From Lachnospiraceae bacterium (GTDB lineage Bacteria > Bacillota > Clostridia > Lachnospirales > Bianqueaceae), in the NCBI GenBank assembly GCA_022794035.1, contig JAAWDX010000001.1:209936-273935 (forward strand): a DNA stretch of 64,000 nucleotides, in the 5' to 3' direction. Made by a program: the position numbers and the translations under genes. A model generated the notes under the pieces. That model was not told the DNA's origin, did no database searches, and saw nothing but the letters and a program-made list of their open reading frames with translations. This document shows positions 39,992 to 48,979 of the stretch, piece after piece; positions within the stretch are counted from its first letter, which is position 1; each line of letters begins with the position of its first letter.

Positions 39992-41322
39992 AAGATATGA
40001 CAAAGGGGAGTCCGCTGCGGATTATCCTGAGCTTTGCGGTCCCGATGATTTTGAGCGGCATGCTGCAGCAGTGCTATAATATTGCGGACAGCATTATCGC
40101 CGGGCAGTATGCGGGCGTGAATGCGCTGGCTGCTGTGGGCGTGTCGAATCCGATTACTTCATTGTTTGTCAGTCTGGGTACTGGTGCAGGCATGGGCTGC
40201 AGTGTGGTGATTTCGCAGCTGTTTGGCGCAAAAGAAATGAAGAAGCTGAAAACGTCTATTTATACGGCGGTTTTGTCTTTTGTGGTGCTGAGTTTGACGC
40301 TGATGCTGGTGGGACAGGGCTTTGCTGGTCCGCTGACGCATCTGATGAATACGCCGGAGGAGATCTACGAGGACGCTCTTTCGTATCTGCGTATCTATAT
40401 GTGGGGCCTGCCGTTTTTGTTTTTATATAATATCGCCAATGCCGTCTTTAATGCGCTGGGCGATTCTAAAAAGCCACTGTATTTTCTGATGTTTTCCACT
40501 GTTTTTAATATTGGACTGGATATCTTTTTTGTAGCAGTGCTGCACTGGGGCGTGCGCGGCGTGGCATGGGCAACCTTTATTGCGCAGGGGCTCGCGTCTG
40601 CTCTGGCAATCGGTGTATTGCTGTTTAAGGTGCGGCGGCTGGAAGAGAAGGTTTCGTATTTCGATAAAAAGCTTCTGGCCGGCATGAGTAAGGTGGGGAT
40701 CCCCACAATGCTGCAGATGTCGATTGTGAGCATTGGCAATCTGTTTGTGCAGGCATTGGTCAATACCTATGGTTCTGATTTTATTGCCGGATATTCCGCT
40801 GCGCTTAAGATCAGCGGGTTCTTCACCGTGGTCATTGCCACGATGGGAACGGCTGTGGCGACTTTTACAGCTCAGAATATTGGCGCGGGCCGGATGGAAC
40901 GTCCCGGACAAGGTCTGCGGGCAGGGATGCTGATGAACTTTGTGTATTGCACGGCAGCGGTGATCCTGGTGTTTGTCTGCGGCCGTCAGCTCATTGGCCT
41001 GTTTGTGGATGAGACGGCGTCGGCAGAGGTGTATCAGGCGGGAGTAGGGTATCTCAGGGTAGTGGTGAGCAGCAGCTTCTTTTTTGTAGTTTTAAATAAC
41101 ACCTGCGCGGTTAGCCGCGGGGCTGGATATATGGTTGCCTTTACCTCTACTACGCTTGTCGATCTGGTAATTAGAGTCGTGTCTGCTTATGCGCTGAGCG
41201 GTGTGATAGGCAGCGGCTCTGTGTACTGGTCCGTGGGGATCGGCTGGCTTGTGGGTGCTGTGATGGGAGCCTATTTTTATCGAAGCGGCAAGTGGAAGCA
41301 GGTTAAATTGCTTAAAGAATGA
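39988..41322 (+). CDS. MATE-family efflux transporter
   Basis: 444 aa with 12 predicted TM helices. N-terminus MTKGSPLRIILSFAVPMILSGMLQQCYNIADSIIAG is typical of MATE/NorM-like pumps. Its ATG overlaps the HAD stop (ATGA). Confidence 0.9.
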   Translation: MKDMTKGSPLRIILSFAVPMILSGMLQQCYNIADSIIAGQYAGVNALAAVGVSNPITSLFVSLGTGAGMGCSVVISQLFGAKEMKKLKTSIYTAVLSFVVLSLTLMLVGQGFAGPLTHLMNTPEEIYEDALSYLRIYMWGLPFLFLYNIANAVFNALGDSKKPLYFLMFSTVFNIGLDIFFVAVLHWGVRGVAWATFIAQGLASALAIGVLLFKVRRLEEKVSYFDKKLLAGMSKVGIPTMLQMSIVSIGNLFVQALVNTYGSDFIAGYSAALKISGFFTVVIATMGTAVATFTAQNIGAGRMERPGQGLRAGMLMNFVYCTAAVILVFVCGRQLIGLFVDETASAEVYQAGVGYLRVVVSSSFFFVVLNNTCAVSRGAGYMVAFTSTTLVDLVIRVVSAYALSGVIGSGSVYWSVGIGWLVGAVMGAYFYRSGKWKQVKLLKE

Positions 41323-41359
41323 GAAGAGCGCTAAGGTTTTTGAAAAATTTGAAAAAATG

Positions 41360-41388
41360 TTGACTAGAGAAACGGAAGAGGGTATCAT
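41360..41388 (+). promoter_or_regulatory. Candidate nagAB promoter
   Basis: TTGACT (41360-41365), 17-nt spacer, TATCAT (41383-41388). Confidence 0.55.
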
Positions 41389-41447
41389 AAGAGAGAAGTT
41401 GCATTGTGAGATGCGATTAAAAATCCGAAGAAAAGAGGGGTTTTTGA

Positions 41448-42608
41448 ATGAAATGTATTATCAACGGCAAGATCATTCTGCCGGATCAGATTGTAGAAGG
41501 AAAAGCGCTCGTATTTGATCAAAAGATCGAAGCGATTGTAGCGCCTTCTGAGCTGGATCAGTATGAGAATTTAGAGATGATAGATGCGGAGGGACGGTAT
41601 GTTTCTCCCGGTTTGGTCGATGTGCATATCCATGGCTGCGGCGGAGAGGATACGAGTGATAATAAGCCCGGCGCAATTCAGAAGATGAGCCGGATGATTA
41701 CTCAATTTGGCGTGACCTCCTGGCTGCCGACCTCGATGACGCTGCCGGCAGAGCATTTGGCGCAGACGTTTGAAATGGTGCGCGAGGCCAAAAAAGCCAG
41801 CGAGCAGGACCCGGAGAGTTGGGGCGGCGCGCAGGTGCTGGGCGTGAATATGGAGGGACCCTATATCAATGTTGAGCGTAAAGGGGCGCATGTAGCAGAA
41901 TATATTCAGGCGCCGGATGTAGAGTTTACCAAACAGTTTGCCGATGTAATTAAATTAGTGACAATTGCGCCGGAGGTGCCCGGCGGCATGGAATTTGTGG
42001 AGCGGATTTCGAAGGAAACGGATATCGTGTGTTCTCTGGGACATACAGCGGCGGATTATAAGACAGCAAAGGAATGCTTTGCAAGGGGCTGCAATCATGT
42101 GACGCATTTATTTAATGCGCAGACAGGCCTGCACCACCGGGATCCCGGTGTAGTAGGCGCCTCCCTTACCAGTCCGGAGGTATATACAGAGATGATCTGT
42201 GATACCTTCCATATCCATGCAGGTGTATTCCAGCTGGTAGCTGACTGCAAAAAGGACAAATTAGTGCTGATCACCGACTGTATGCGTGCCGGCGGATTAC
42301 CGGACGGAGAGTACAGCTTAGGCGGGCAAAAGGTGTTTGTAAAGGGCATTGAATGCCGGCTGGAAAGCGATACGATCGCCGGCAGCGTGCTGCGCCTTCA
42401 TAAGGCGGTGCAGAACATCGTGAAGCATACGACTTGGTCGCTTCCGCAGGCAGTAGCGGCAGCGAGCCTGTCTCCGGCACAGTCGATTGGCATGGGTGAC
42501 AGAAAGGGCTCTTTGGAAGTAGGAAAAGATGCGGATATTTTGTTGGCAGATGCCGACTTTGAAATTATCAAAACATTTGTAGGAGGCAAACAGGTTTATG
42601 GAAACTAA
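41448..42608 (+). CDS. nagA: N-acetylglucosamine-6-phosphate deacetylase
   Basis: 386 aa. GLVDVHIHGCGG metal-binding motif, later HLFN and the GSLEVGKDADI motif typical of NagA amidohydrolases. nagB follows directly. Confidence 0.93.
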   Translation: MKCIINGKIILPDQIVEGKALVFDQKIEAIVAPSELDQYENLEMIDAEGRYVSPGLVDVHIHGCGGEDTSDNKPGAIQKMSRMITQFGVTSWLPTSMTLPAEHLAQTFEMVREAKKASEQDPESWGGAQVLGVNMEGPYINVERKGAHVAEYIQAPDVEFTKQFADVIKLVTIAPEVPGGMEFVERISKETDIVCSLGHTAADYKTAKECFARGCNHVTHLFNAQTGLHHRDPGVVGASLTSPEVYTEMICDTFHIHAGVFQLVADCKKDKLVLITDCMRAGGLPDGEYSLGGQKVFVKGIECRLESDTIAGSVLRLHKAVQNIVKHTTWSLPQAVAAASLSPAQSIGMGDRKGSLEVGKDADILLADADFEIIKTFVGGKQVYGN

Positions 42609-43380
42609 TGCAAAATGGTACACCAATGGCAAGAACAAAAATGTAAAGGTCTTAGTCTGCAAGGATTATGAGACATTGAGCAAAAAAGCAGCAGCCATTC
42701 TGGCCGGTATTGTCAATGTAAAGCCGGATGCAATTTTAGGACTGGCAACGGGTTCTTCTCCGGTCGGCACCTATCAGGAGCTGATCCGCATGTACGAGGC
42801 AGGCATGCTGGATTTCAGTCAGGTGAAAACGTATAATCTGGATGAGTATTATCCGCTGGAGCCGACTAATGATCAAAGCTATCATTATTTTATGGATGAA
42901 AATCTGTTTAATCATGTCAATATTGATAAAAATCAGGTGCATGTTCCGGATGGAAATGCAGAAGACATGAATGAAGCATGCGAATCCTATGAGGCTATGC
43001 TGAATGAAATCGGCGGCGTTGACATTCAGGTGCTGGGAATCGGCGGCAACGGTCATATTGGATTCAATGAGCCGGCTGATACATTTGTTGGCCCCACACA
43101 TGTGGTTGCGCTTACGGAGAGCACAATTCAGGCTAACTCCCGTTTCTTTGAAAAGATTGAGGATGTACCCACCAAGGCGATCAGCATGGGTATCGGTTCG
43201 ATCATGAAAGCGAAAAAAATTCTGCTCGTAGCTAACGGAGAAGGAAAGGCAAAGGCCATTGCGGCTACGCTGGAAGGTCCGATCACACCTCAGGTGCCGG
43301 CTTCTGTCCTGCAGCTGCATCCGGATGTTACGATCATTATTGATGAGGCGGCGGCAGCAGATCTTAAAGAATACAAGTAA
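42598..43380 (+). CDS. nagB: Glucosamine-6-phosphate deaminase
   Basis: LGLATGSSP, GIGGNGHIGFNEP and SMGIGSIMKAKKILLVANGE motifs. It overlaps nagA by 11 nt. The first ~15 aa form an extension relative to the usual MK(I/V)(I/L)V start. Confidence 0.93.
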   Translation: METNAKWYTNGKNKNVKVLVCKDYETLSKKAAAILAGIVNVKPDAILGLATGSSPVGTYQELIRMYEAGMLDFSQVKTYNLDEYYPLEPTNDQSYHYFMDENLFNHVNIDKNQVHVPDGNAEDMNEACESYEAMLNEIGGVDIQVLGIGGNGHIGFNEPADTFVGPTHVVALTESTIQANSRFFEKIEDVPTKAISMGIGSIMKAKKILLVANGEGKAKAIAATLEGPITPQVPASVLQLHPDVTIIIDEAAAADLKEYK

Positions 43381-43404
43381 AATTTAATGTTTGTTCACAA
43401 TTTG

Positions 43405-43445
43405 AGCGCCGGGAACGCTTGTAAGTTCCCGGCGCTTAGTTTATA
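43405..43445 (+). terminator. Intrinsic terminator after nagB
   Basis: AGCGCCGGGAAC-GCTTGTAA-GTTCCCGGCGCT followed by a T-rich stretch (TAGTTTAT). Confidence 0.7.
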
Positions 43446-43495
43446 ATAGAATATACCGAAATAATGGATCTGCGTAATGCGTAGGAGGGTTTTGT

Positions 43496-44317
43496 ATGAC
43501 TTTTAAGGAAGCAGTCGGAATTGACGGCCCATTTTCGCGAATTGGTACGTTGATATTTGAAATAATATATTGCAATATGCTGTGGCTTTTATTCGGAGGG
43601 CCGATCGCGGTCGTTGTTTTAAGCTATCTGCCGATCGTAACAAATCAGGTGACATACATTCTTAATCTGGTTCTTACGGTTATTTGTTTTTTGCACATGG
43701 GCCCGGCGACAACCGCTGCTTTTTCAGCGCTGGGCAAGCGCCAGAGAAAAGAAGAGACCTATACGTTCCGGGACTTTTGGCATTCCTATAAGCAAAATTA
43801 TAAGCAGGGGATGATAGTTTCCCTGATCTTTACTGCTGTGAGCGGACTTCTGGGGTATGCGATCTGGCTGGAAGTGACCAACATAGGGCTATACGGAAAG
43901 ATGATGTATATTGTGCTTCCGGTACAGGGCTTTGCAATCATAGAGTTGATATTTATTTTCACCTATATTTTTGCGCTGCTGGCGCGGTTTGAGATGTCCA
44001 CCAAAAACTTATTTAAGTATGCTTTTATGATGGCGAATAAGCATCTGCCTACCACACTGCTGTGTGCAGCGCTTTTAATTGCCAGCGTAGCTGCTTTTCT
44101 ATTCTGGAACATGCTTTCCAGTGTGTTTATGTTTGGACTTTGCTTTTATTTTTCTGCCATGCTGCTTGAAAGAGTATTTCGGAATTATATGCCGGATGAG
44201 GATGAGGCTCTGGCAGAGGAAGAAGTGGAGAACTATAATCTGGATGCAGAGCGGCAGGCGATTATCGATCGGTACACGGGTAAGCTGAGTCAGCAGGAGG
44301 AGCAGCCTAAAGAATAA
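43496..44317 (+). CDS. YesL-family (DUF624) membrane protein
   Basis: 273 aa. The N-terminal FSRIGTLIFEIIYCNMLWLLFGGPI pattern and six TM helices resemble DUF624/YesL. The C-terminal tail is acidic. Confidence 0.55.
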   Translation: MTFKEAVGIDGPFSRIGTLIFEIIYCNMLWLLFGGPIAVVVLSYLPIVTNQVTYILNLVLTVICFLHMGPATTAAFSALGKRQRKEETYTFRDFWHSYKQNYKQGMIVSLIFTAVSGLLGYAIWLEVTNIGLYGKMMYIVLPVQGFAIIELIFIFTYIFALLARFEMSTKNLFKYAFMMANKHLPTTLLCAALLIASVAAFLFWNMLSSVFMFGLCFYFSAMLLERVFRNYMPDEDEALAEEEVENYNLDAERQAIIDRYTGKLSQQEEQPKE

Positions 44318-44339
44318 TTTGAAAAATTTGCTTGGATTA

Positions 44340-44375
44340 CCCCGAGAAAGTATTTGTATTTTCTCGGGGTTTTTG
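44340..44375 (+). terminator. Intrinsic terminator
   Basis: CCCCGAGAAA-GTATTTGTAT-TTTCTCGGGG followed by TTTTTG. Confidence 0.85.
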
Positions 44376-44403
44376 TTATAGTAAATAATCAGAGGGGTGC
44401 ATT

Positions 44404-45063
44404 ATGTCATATGTGATTGCATTTTTAGAGGGGATGATTACCTTTATTTCCCCGTGCTTATTGCCCATGCTACCGGTATATGTTTCGTATTTTGCCGGCG
44501 GTATGCAGAGGGATATCAAAGGCACGTTGAAAAATGCGTTAGGATTTATAGCCGGCTTTACAACGGTCTTTGTCCTGCTTGGCGCGCTGGCCGGTACGGT
44601 AGGGCAGATTTTGAATGAATTTAAAACGCTTGTCAATCTGATTACAGGCGTGATTGTCATATTTTTTGGTCTTTGTTATCTTGGCTTTTTTAAGCTTAGC
44701 ATTTTTAGAGGGATAAGGTTTTCTAAAACAGAGCAGCTTGGCTTTTTTTCAGCCTTTTTGTTTGGCATGGTGTTCTCCGTTGGCTGGACGCCCTGTGTGG
44801 GAGTGTTTTTAGGCTCGGCGCTGATGCTTGCTGCAAGCGAGGGGGCTTTTTTAACAGGCGTTATGATGCTCCTTCTCTATTCTCTGGGCTTGGGAATTCC
44901 CTTTCTAATCAGTGCTATTTTGATTGATCAGCTGAAGGGAGTATTTCAGAGCATTAAAAGGCACTACAGAGGCATTCAGATTGTGTGTGGATCACTGCTT
45001 GTGTTGGTTGGGCTTTTAATGGCGCTTGGACTATTTGATCGGTTTTTAAATTTACTTTCATAG
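44404..45063 (+). CDS. ccdA: Cytochrome c biogenesis protein CcdA / DsbD-family thiol-disulfide transporter
   Basis: 219 aa with 6 TM helices. The conserved FISPCLLPMLP and GWTPCVG cysteine motifs are present. Confidence 0.9.
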   Translation: MSYVIAFLEGMITFISPCLLPMLPVYVSYFAGGMQRDIKGTLKNALGFIAGFTTVFVLLGALAGTVGQILNEFKTLVNLITGVIVIFFGLCYLGFFKLSIFRGIRFSKTEQLGFFSAFLFGMVFSVGWTPCVGVFLGSALMLAASEGAFLTGVMMLLLYSLGLGIPFLISAILIDQLKGVFQSIKRHYRGIQIVCGSLLVLVGLLMALGLFDRFLNLLS

Positions 45064-45071
45064 GGGGATTT

Positions 45072-45656
45072 ATGAAAAAAGGCAGTGTCAAATGGATTGC
45101 CGGCTTGATTTTATTGGTAGTCCTTATTGCAGGAGCTTTGTTTTTATATCATAAGCTAAGTCAGGAGTATAAAGGGGACAATCTGAGGCAGAATATTGCA
45201 GATGGAGCATCGAGTGAGGAAAGTGAGGCAGTGCCAAGTACAGTACAGGCGCCGGATTTTACAGTTTTGGATGCAGAAGGAAATGAGGTTAAGCTTTCCG
45301 ACTATATAGGAAAGCCGATTGTGCTTAATTTCTGGGCTACATGGTGCTATTATTGTAAAGAAGAAATGCCTGATTTTAATACAGCCTATGAGAAATATCC
45401 CGAAATTCAGTTTTTGATGATCAATGCAACCGACGGCAATAGAGAGACTGTGGACGGCGCCAAGGCATATATTCAGGAGCAAGAGTTTGACTTTGAGGTG
45501 CTGTTTGATACCAAAAGAGAGGCGGTCAGCGCCTATTATGTGACCAGCTTTCCAACGACTTATTTTATAGATAAAAGTGGAGCTCTCATTGCGAGAGGCA
45601 GTGGAATGATGGACTTAAATACCCTGGAAAAGGGAATTAAAATGATAAGCGAATAG
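45072..45656 (+). CDS. TlpA/ResA-family membrane-anchored thiol-disulfide oxidoreductase
   Basis: N-terminal anchor helix and a thioredoxin fold with NFWATWCYYCKEEMP (CxxC). Confidence 0.88.
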   Translation: MKKGSVKWIAGLILLVVLIAGALFLYHKLSQEYKGDNLRQNIADGASSEESEAVPSTVQAPDFTVLDAEGNEVKLSDYIGKPIVLNFWATWCYYCKEEMPDFNTAYEKYPEIQFLMINATDGNRETVDGAKAYIQEQEFDFEVLFDTKREAVSAYYVTSFPTTYFIDKSGALIARGSGMMDLNTLEKGIKMISE

Positions 45657-45669
45657 GAGGAAGGAAACT

Positions 45670-46122
45670 ATGCTAGAAGTGGGACAAAAGGCACCCGAAT
45701 TTACCTTAAAGGATAAAGACGGAAAGGATGTTTCTCTATCGGATTTTAGAAATAAAAAGGTCGTGATTTATTTTTATTCCAGAGATAACTCACCCGGATG
45801 TACGCGTCAGGCCTGTGCATATGCAGGGCTGTATACAGAGTTTAGGAGTAAGGGCGCAGAAGTCATTGGCATCAGTAAGGACAGCATAGAAGCGCATGCA
45901 AAATTTGCGCAGAAGAATAGCCTGCCGTATATTCTCCTGTCAGATCCTGATCTCAGTGTAATTAAGGCGTACGGGGTATGGAAGGAAAGAAAACAGAATG
46001 GTAAGCTGGGGATGGGGGTAGAACGCTCCACCTTTGTCATTGATGAACAGGGCAATATTGAAAGGATTATGTCAAAGGTTAAGCCAGATACGAACGCAGT
46101 GGATGTGTTGATACAGCTGTAA
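45670..46122 (+). CDS. bcp: Thioredoxin-dependent thiol peroxidase (Bcp / peroxiredoxin Q)
   Basis: 150 aa. GQKAPEFTL...VVIYFYSRDNSPGCTRQAC, with the peroxidatic Cys in the PGCT context. Confidence 0.92.
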   Translation: MLEVGQKAPEFTLKDKDGKDVSLSDFRNKKVVIYFYSRDNSPGCTRQACAYAGLYTEFRSKGAEVIGISKDSIEAHAKFAQKNSLPYILLSDPDLSVIKAYGVWKERKQNGKLGMGVERSTFVIDEQGNIERIMSKVKPDTNAVDVLIQL

Positions 46123-46192
46123 AAAGCTGTGCTTTTGTGCAGACAGATTATGTGAGCCAATATATTTATTCAGGTACTACTATAAACAAAGC

Positions 46193-46221
46193 GACCCCCT
46201 TCATTAAAAGGGGGTCATTTT
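46193..46221 (+). terminator. Intrinsic terminator after bcp
   Basis: GACCCCCTT-CATTAA-AAGGGGGTC followed by ATTTT. Confidence 0.85.
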
Positions 46222-46305
46222 AGTCTGCCTGTATCAATCCTCATTCCGTGTGAAAAATGCACGAAAAGTCATATAATCTTAATAAAACTTTAAGGGTTTA
46301 CTATA

Positions 46306-46334
46306 TTGGATTTTAAAAAGAAAGGTGGCATAAT
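46306..46334 (+). promoter_or_regulatory. Candidate promoter of the two-component/GT2 operon
   Basis: TTGGAT (46306-46311), 17-nt spacer, CATAAT (46329-46334). Confidence 0.45.
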
Positions 46335-46360
46335 ACAGGGGAGTTTGGAAGGAGTCTGTG

Positions 46361-47053
46361 ATGTATAATATTTTGATCTGTGATGACGAGCGGGACATTG
46401 TGTCTGCTCTTAAGATTTATCTTACGTCTGCTGAATATCAAACCTTTGAGGCCTACACCGGCAAGGAGGCAATTGATCTGGTGCGTGAGCAGGACATTCA
46501 TCTGGTGCTGATGGATGTGATGATGCCGGAAATGGATGGCATTTCAGCCATGGTAGCCATCCGCGAATTCAGCAATGTGCCGGTTATTTTATTAACAGCC
46601 AAGAGTGAGGATACCGATAAGATACTTGGGTTAAACGTGGGAGCCGATGATTATATTACCAAACCATTCAATCCGGTAGAGGTGCTGGCAAGAGTGAAAT
46701 CACAGCTCAGGCGTTATGTACAGCTCGGAAGCGCTGTGAAAAAAGAATCCATACTTCGCATAGGAGCCATAGAGCTGGACGATGAGGCAAAGGTTGTGCG
46801 GCTTGACGGTGAAATAGTCAATTTGACAAGAACTGAATATGAAATTCTTAAGCTATTGATGCAGGAGCCCGGAAAGGTATTTTCATCAAAAGTAATTTAT
46901 AATAAAGTGTGGGAGGATAATCCGTACGGCGCAGAAAATACAGTGGCCGTACATATCCGGCATTTGAGGGAGAAGATCGAGATCAATCCCGCAGACCCAA
47001 GATATCTAAAGGTGGTATGGGGACAAGGATACAAGATCGAGAGAGGTATATAA
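46361..47053 (+). CDS. OmpR/PhoB-family response regulator
   Basis: Receiver domain (ILICDDE...LVLMDVMMPEMDG...LTAK) plus a winged-helix output domain (LTRTEYEILKLLM...YLKVVWGQGYK). The ATG at 46361 is 6 nt after GGAAGGAG. The ORF-track GTG at 46358 is an alternative. Confidence 0.93.
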   Translation: MYNILICDDERDIVSALKIYLTSAEYQTFEAYTGKEAIDLVREQDIHLVLMDVMMPEMDGISAMVAIREFSNVPVILLTAKSEDTDKILGLNVGADDYITKPFNPVEVLARVKSQLRRYVQLGSAVKKESILRIGAIELDDEAKVVRLDGEIVNLTRTEYEILKLLMQEPGKVFSSKVIYNKVWEDNPYGAENTVAVHIRHLREKIEINPADPRYLKVVWGQGYKIERGI

Positions 47054-47054
47054 A

Positions 47055-48965
47055 GTGAAGGGCATTATTTACAGCTGGCCTATTAAAATTACAGCTGTCA
47101 TTTTAAGCCTGCTGATGTGCATTGTGTCGACAGCCAGCATCATGGGTACGGCGGTTTTTATGAGCATGGGGCTTTACAGCCAGCAAGAATGGAATTACTA
47201 TGCCACCAGCCTCTGTGAGAACAGAACCTATTACAATGCCAGGATGGTAATATATGAATACTATCTAGCATATCAGATGTATGAGAAGGAAGGTGCCGGC
47301 GACAGAAGCAGGCAACAGGAGCTGGAGTGGTATGAAAAGAAGTTCAGCAATGAAAATACAAATTTCCGTTTCCGCATAGAGGAAGAGGGCGGAGAGGCAA
47401 TATCAACGTATCAGGACGACGAGTCATATGGATTTGAGACGGAGTATATGTTTGAAATATATAGCGAAGAATTAGGGAAAGATATACAGCATACCATTCA
47501 TTGCTATGTAGTGGATCCAATGACGGCGAATGATGAATATCAAACGGATATGTATTGGTACGGAGAGGGATTCCGGTATCGCTATACGGTATTAAATCTG
47601 GCAATTGCTGCATCGGTATTTTTGATTGTTTTGTGCATCTATCTAATCTGTGCGGCAGGGCACAAACGCGGGACAGAGGAGATCTATGCAGGAGGTCTGC
47701 ATAAGCTTCCCTTTGATTTTTTGACGGGACTGGTTATACTGGGCGGCTTTTGCTTGATGGGGCTGCTGGAAACAATGAACGGGTATGGAGATCTGCTAAC
47801 AGACCTGATCAGAGCCTGCGTCGGCGTTACAGGGATATTTGCATTGGGACTTTTCTATGTAATGAGTTTGGCAGTGCGCTGCAAAAATCATTATTTATGG
47901 AAAGGGACGATAGTTTACCGGTGTTATCGCGGGATAAAAGAAATGATCATTCGACTATATCAAAATCGTTCTTTTTTAGGCAAGGCTCTCCTGTGGATTT
48001 TGCTTGCAGGGGCAAGTACCTTTATCATCGGCGTTATGTGTATCGATGAAAACAGCGCAGGCGCTTTTCTGTTTTATATTCTGTTTGCATGCGTTGTAGC
48101 GGCAAGTCTGGCCATGGCGTTCCAGCTTCGGTATAAGAAGATCCGGCAGGGGATCCAAAAGATCGCGTTGGGGGATTTGAATGCGCGGGTGGATACAAAA
48201 GGGCTTTATGGGGAGCTCAAGGAGCAGGCAGAAAATTTGAACAGCATCAATGAGGCTGTGCGGGCGGCTGTAGAGAAGCAGCTGAAAAGCGAGCGCATGA
48301 AAACAGAGCTGATCACCAACGTATCGCATGATATTAAGACGCCGCTCACCTCGATTGTCAATTATGTGGATCTTTTAAAGAAACAGGAAGTTCAGGATGA
48401 GACAGCAAAGGAATATATTGAAGTATTGGAGAGACAATCCATTCGGCTGAAAAAGCTGATTGAAGATTTAATTGAGGCTTCCAAAGCTTCCAGCGGTAAC
48501 ATTGCAGTGAATATGGGCAGGCTGGATATGACAGAGCTTTTAAAGCAGCTTTTGGGCGAATACAGCGATCGGCTCAAAGAGCATAATCTGGAGCTGGTGC
48601 TTACAGCGCCGGAGTATGAAATGCCCGTCATGGCGGATGGACAGCTTTTATGGCGTGTCTTTGATAATCTTCTCAGCAACGTACAGAAATATTCACAGGC
48701 GGGTACGCGGGTGTATCTGGATGTGAAGGAGGAGGAGGGATGTGCGGTCATTACGTTTCGCAACATATCGCGGTATGCGCTCAACATTTCCGGTGAGGAA
48801 TTGATGGAGCGGTTTGTCCGAGGGGACAGCTCGCGGCATACTGAAGGAAGCGGACTGGGGCTTTCCATTGCGAAAAGCCTGACAGAGCTTATGAACGGAC
48901 GGTTTGACATTCTAGTAGACGGAGATCTGTTTAAAGTGCAGGTTATATTTAATAAATTAGTATAA
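47055..48965 (+). CDS. Sensor histidine kinase (GTG start)
   Basis: 636 aa. An N-terminal TM helix and a large extracytoplasmic segment, further TM helices, a HAMP-like region, the H-box ELITNVSHDIKTPLTSI, and N/G boxes (NLLSNVQKYS, GSGLGLSIAKSL). Confidence 0.92.
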   Translation: MKGIIYSWPIKITAVILSLLMCIVSTASIMGTAVFMSMGLYSQQEWNYYATSLCENRTYYNARMVIYEYYLAYQMYEKEGAGDRSRQQELEWYEKKFSNENTNFRFRIEEEGGEAISTYQDDESYGFETEYMFEIYSEELGKDIQHTIHCYVVDPMTANDEYQTDMYWYGEGFRYRYTVLNLAIAASVFLIVLCIYLICAAGHKRGTEEIYAGGLHKLPFDFLTGLVILGGFCLMGLLETMNGYGDLLTDLIRACVGVTGIFALGLFYVMSLAVRCKNHYLWKGTIVYRCYRGIKEMIIRLYQNRSFLGKALLWILLAGASTFIIGVMCIDENSAGAFLFYILFACVVAASLAMAFQLRYKKIRQGIQKIALGDLNARVDTKGLYGELKEQAENLNSINEAVRAAVEKQLKSERMKTELITNVSHDIKTPLTSIVNYVDLLKKQEVQDETAKEYIEVLERQSIRLKKLIEDLIEASKASSGNIAVNMGRLDMTELLKQLLGEYSDRLKEHNLELVLTAPEYEMPVMADGQLLWRVFDNLLSNVQKYSQAGTRVYLDVKEEEGCAVITFRNISRYALNISGEELMERFVRGDSSRHTEGSGLGLSIAKSLTELMNGRFDILVDGDLFKVQVIFNKLV

Positions 48966-48979
48966 AAGGAAGAAAGAGT

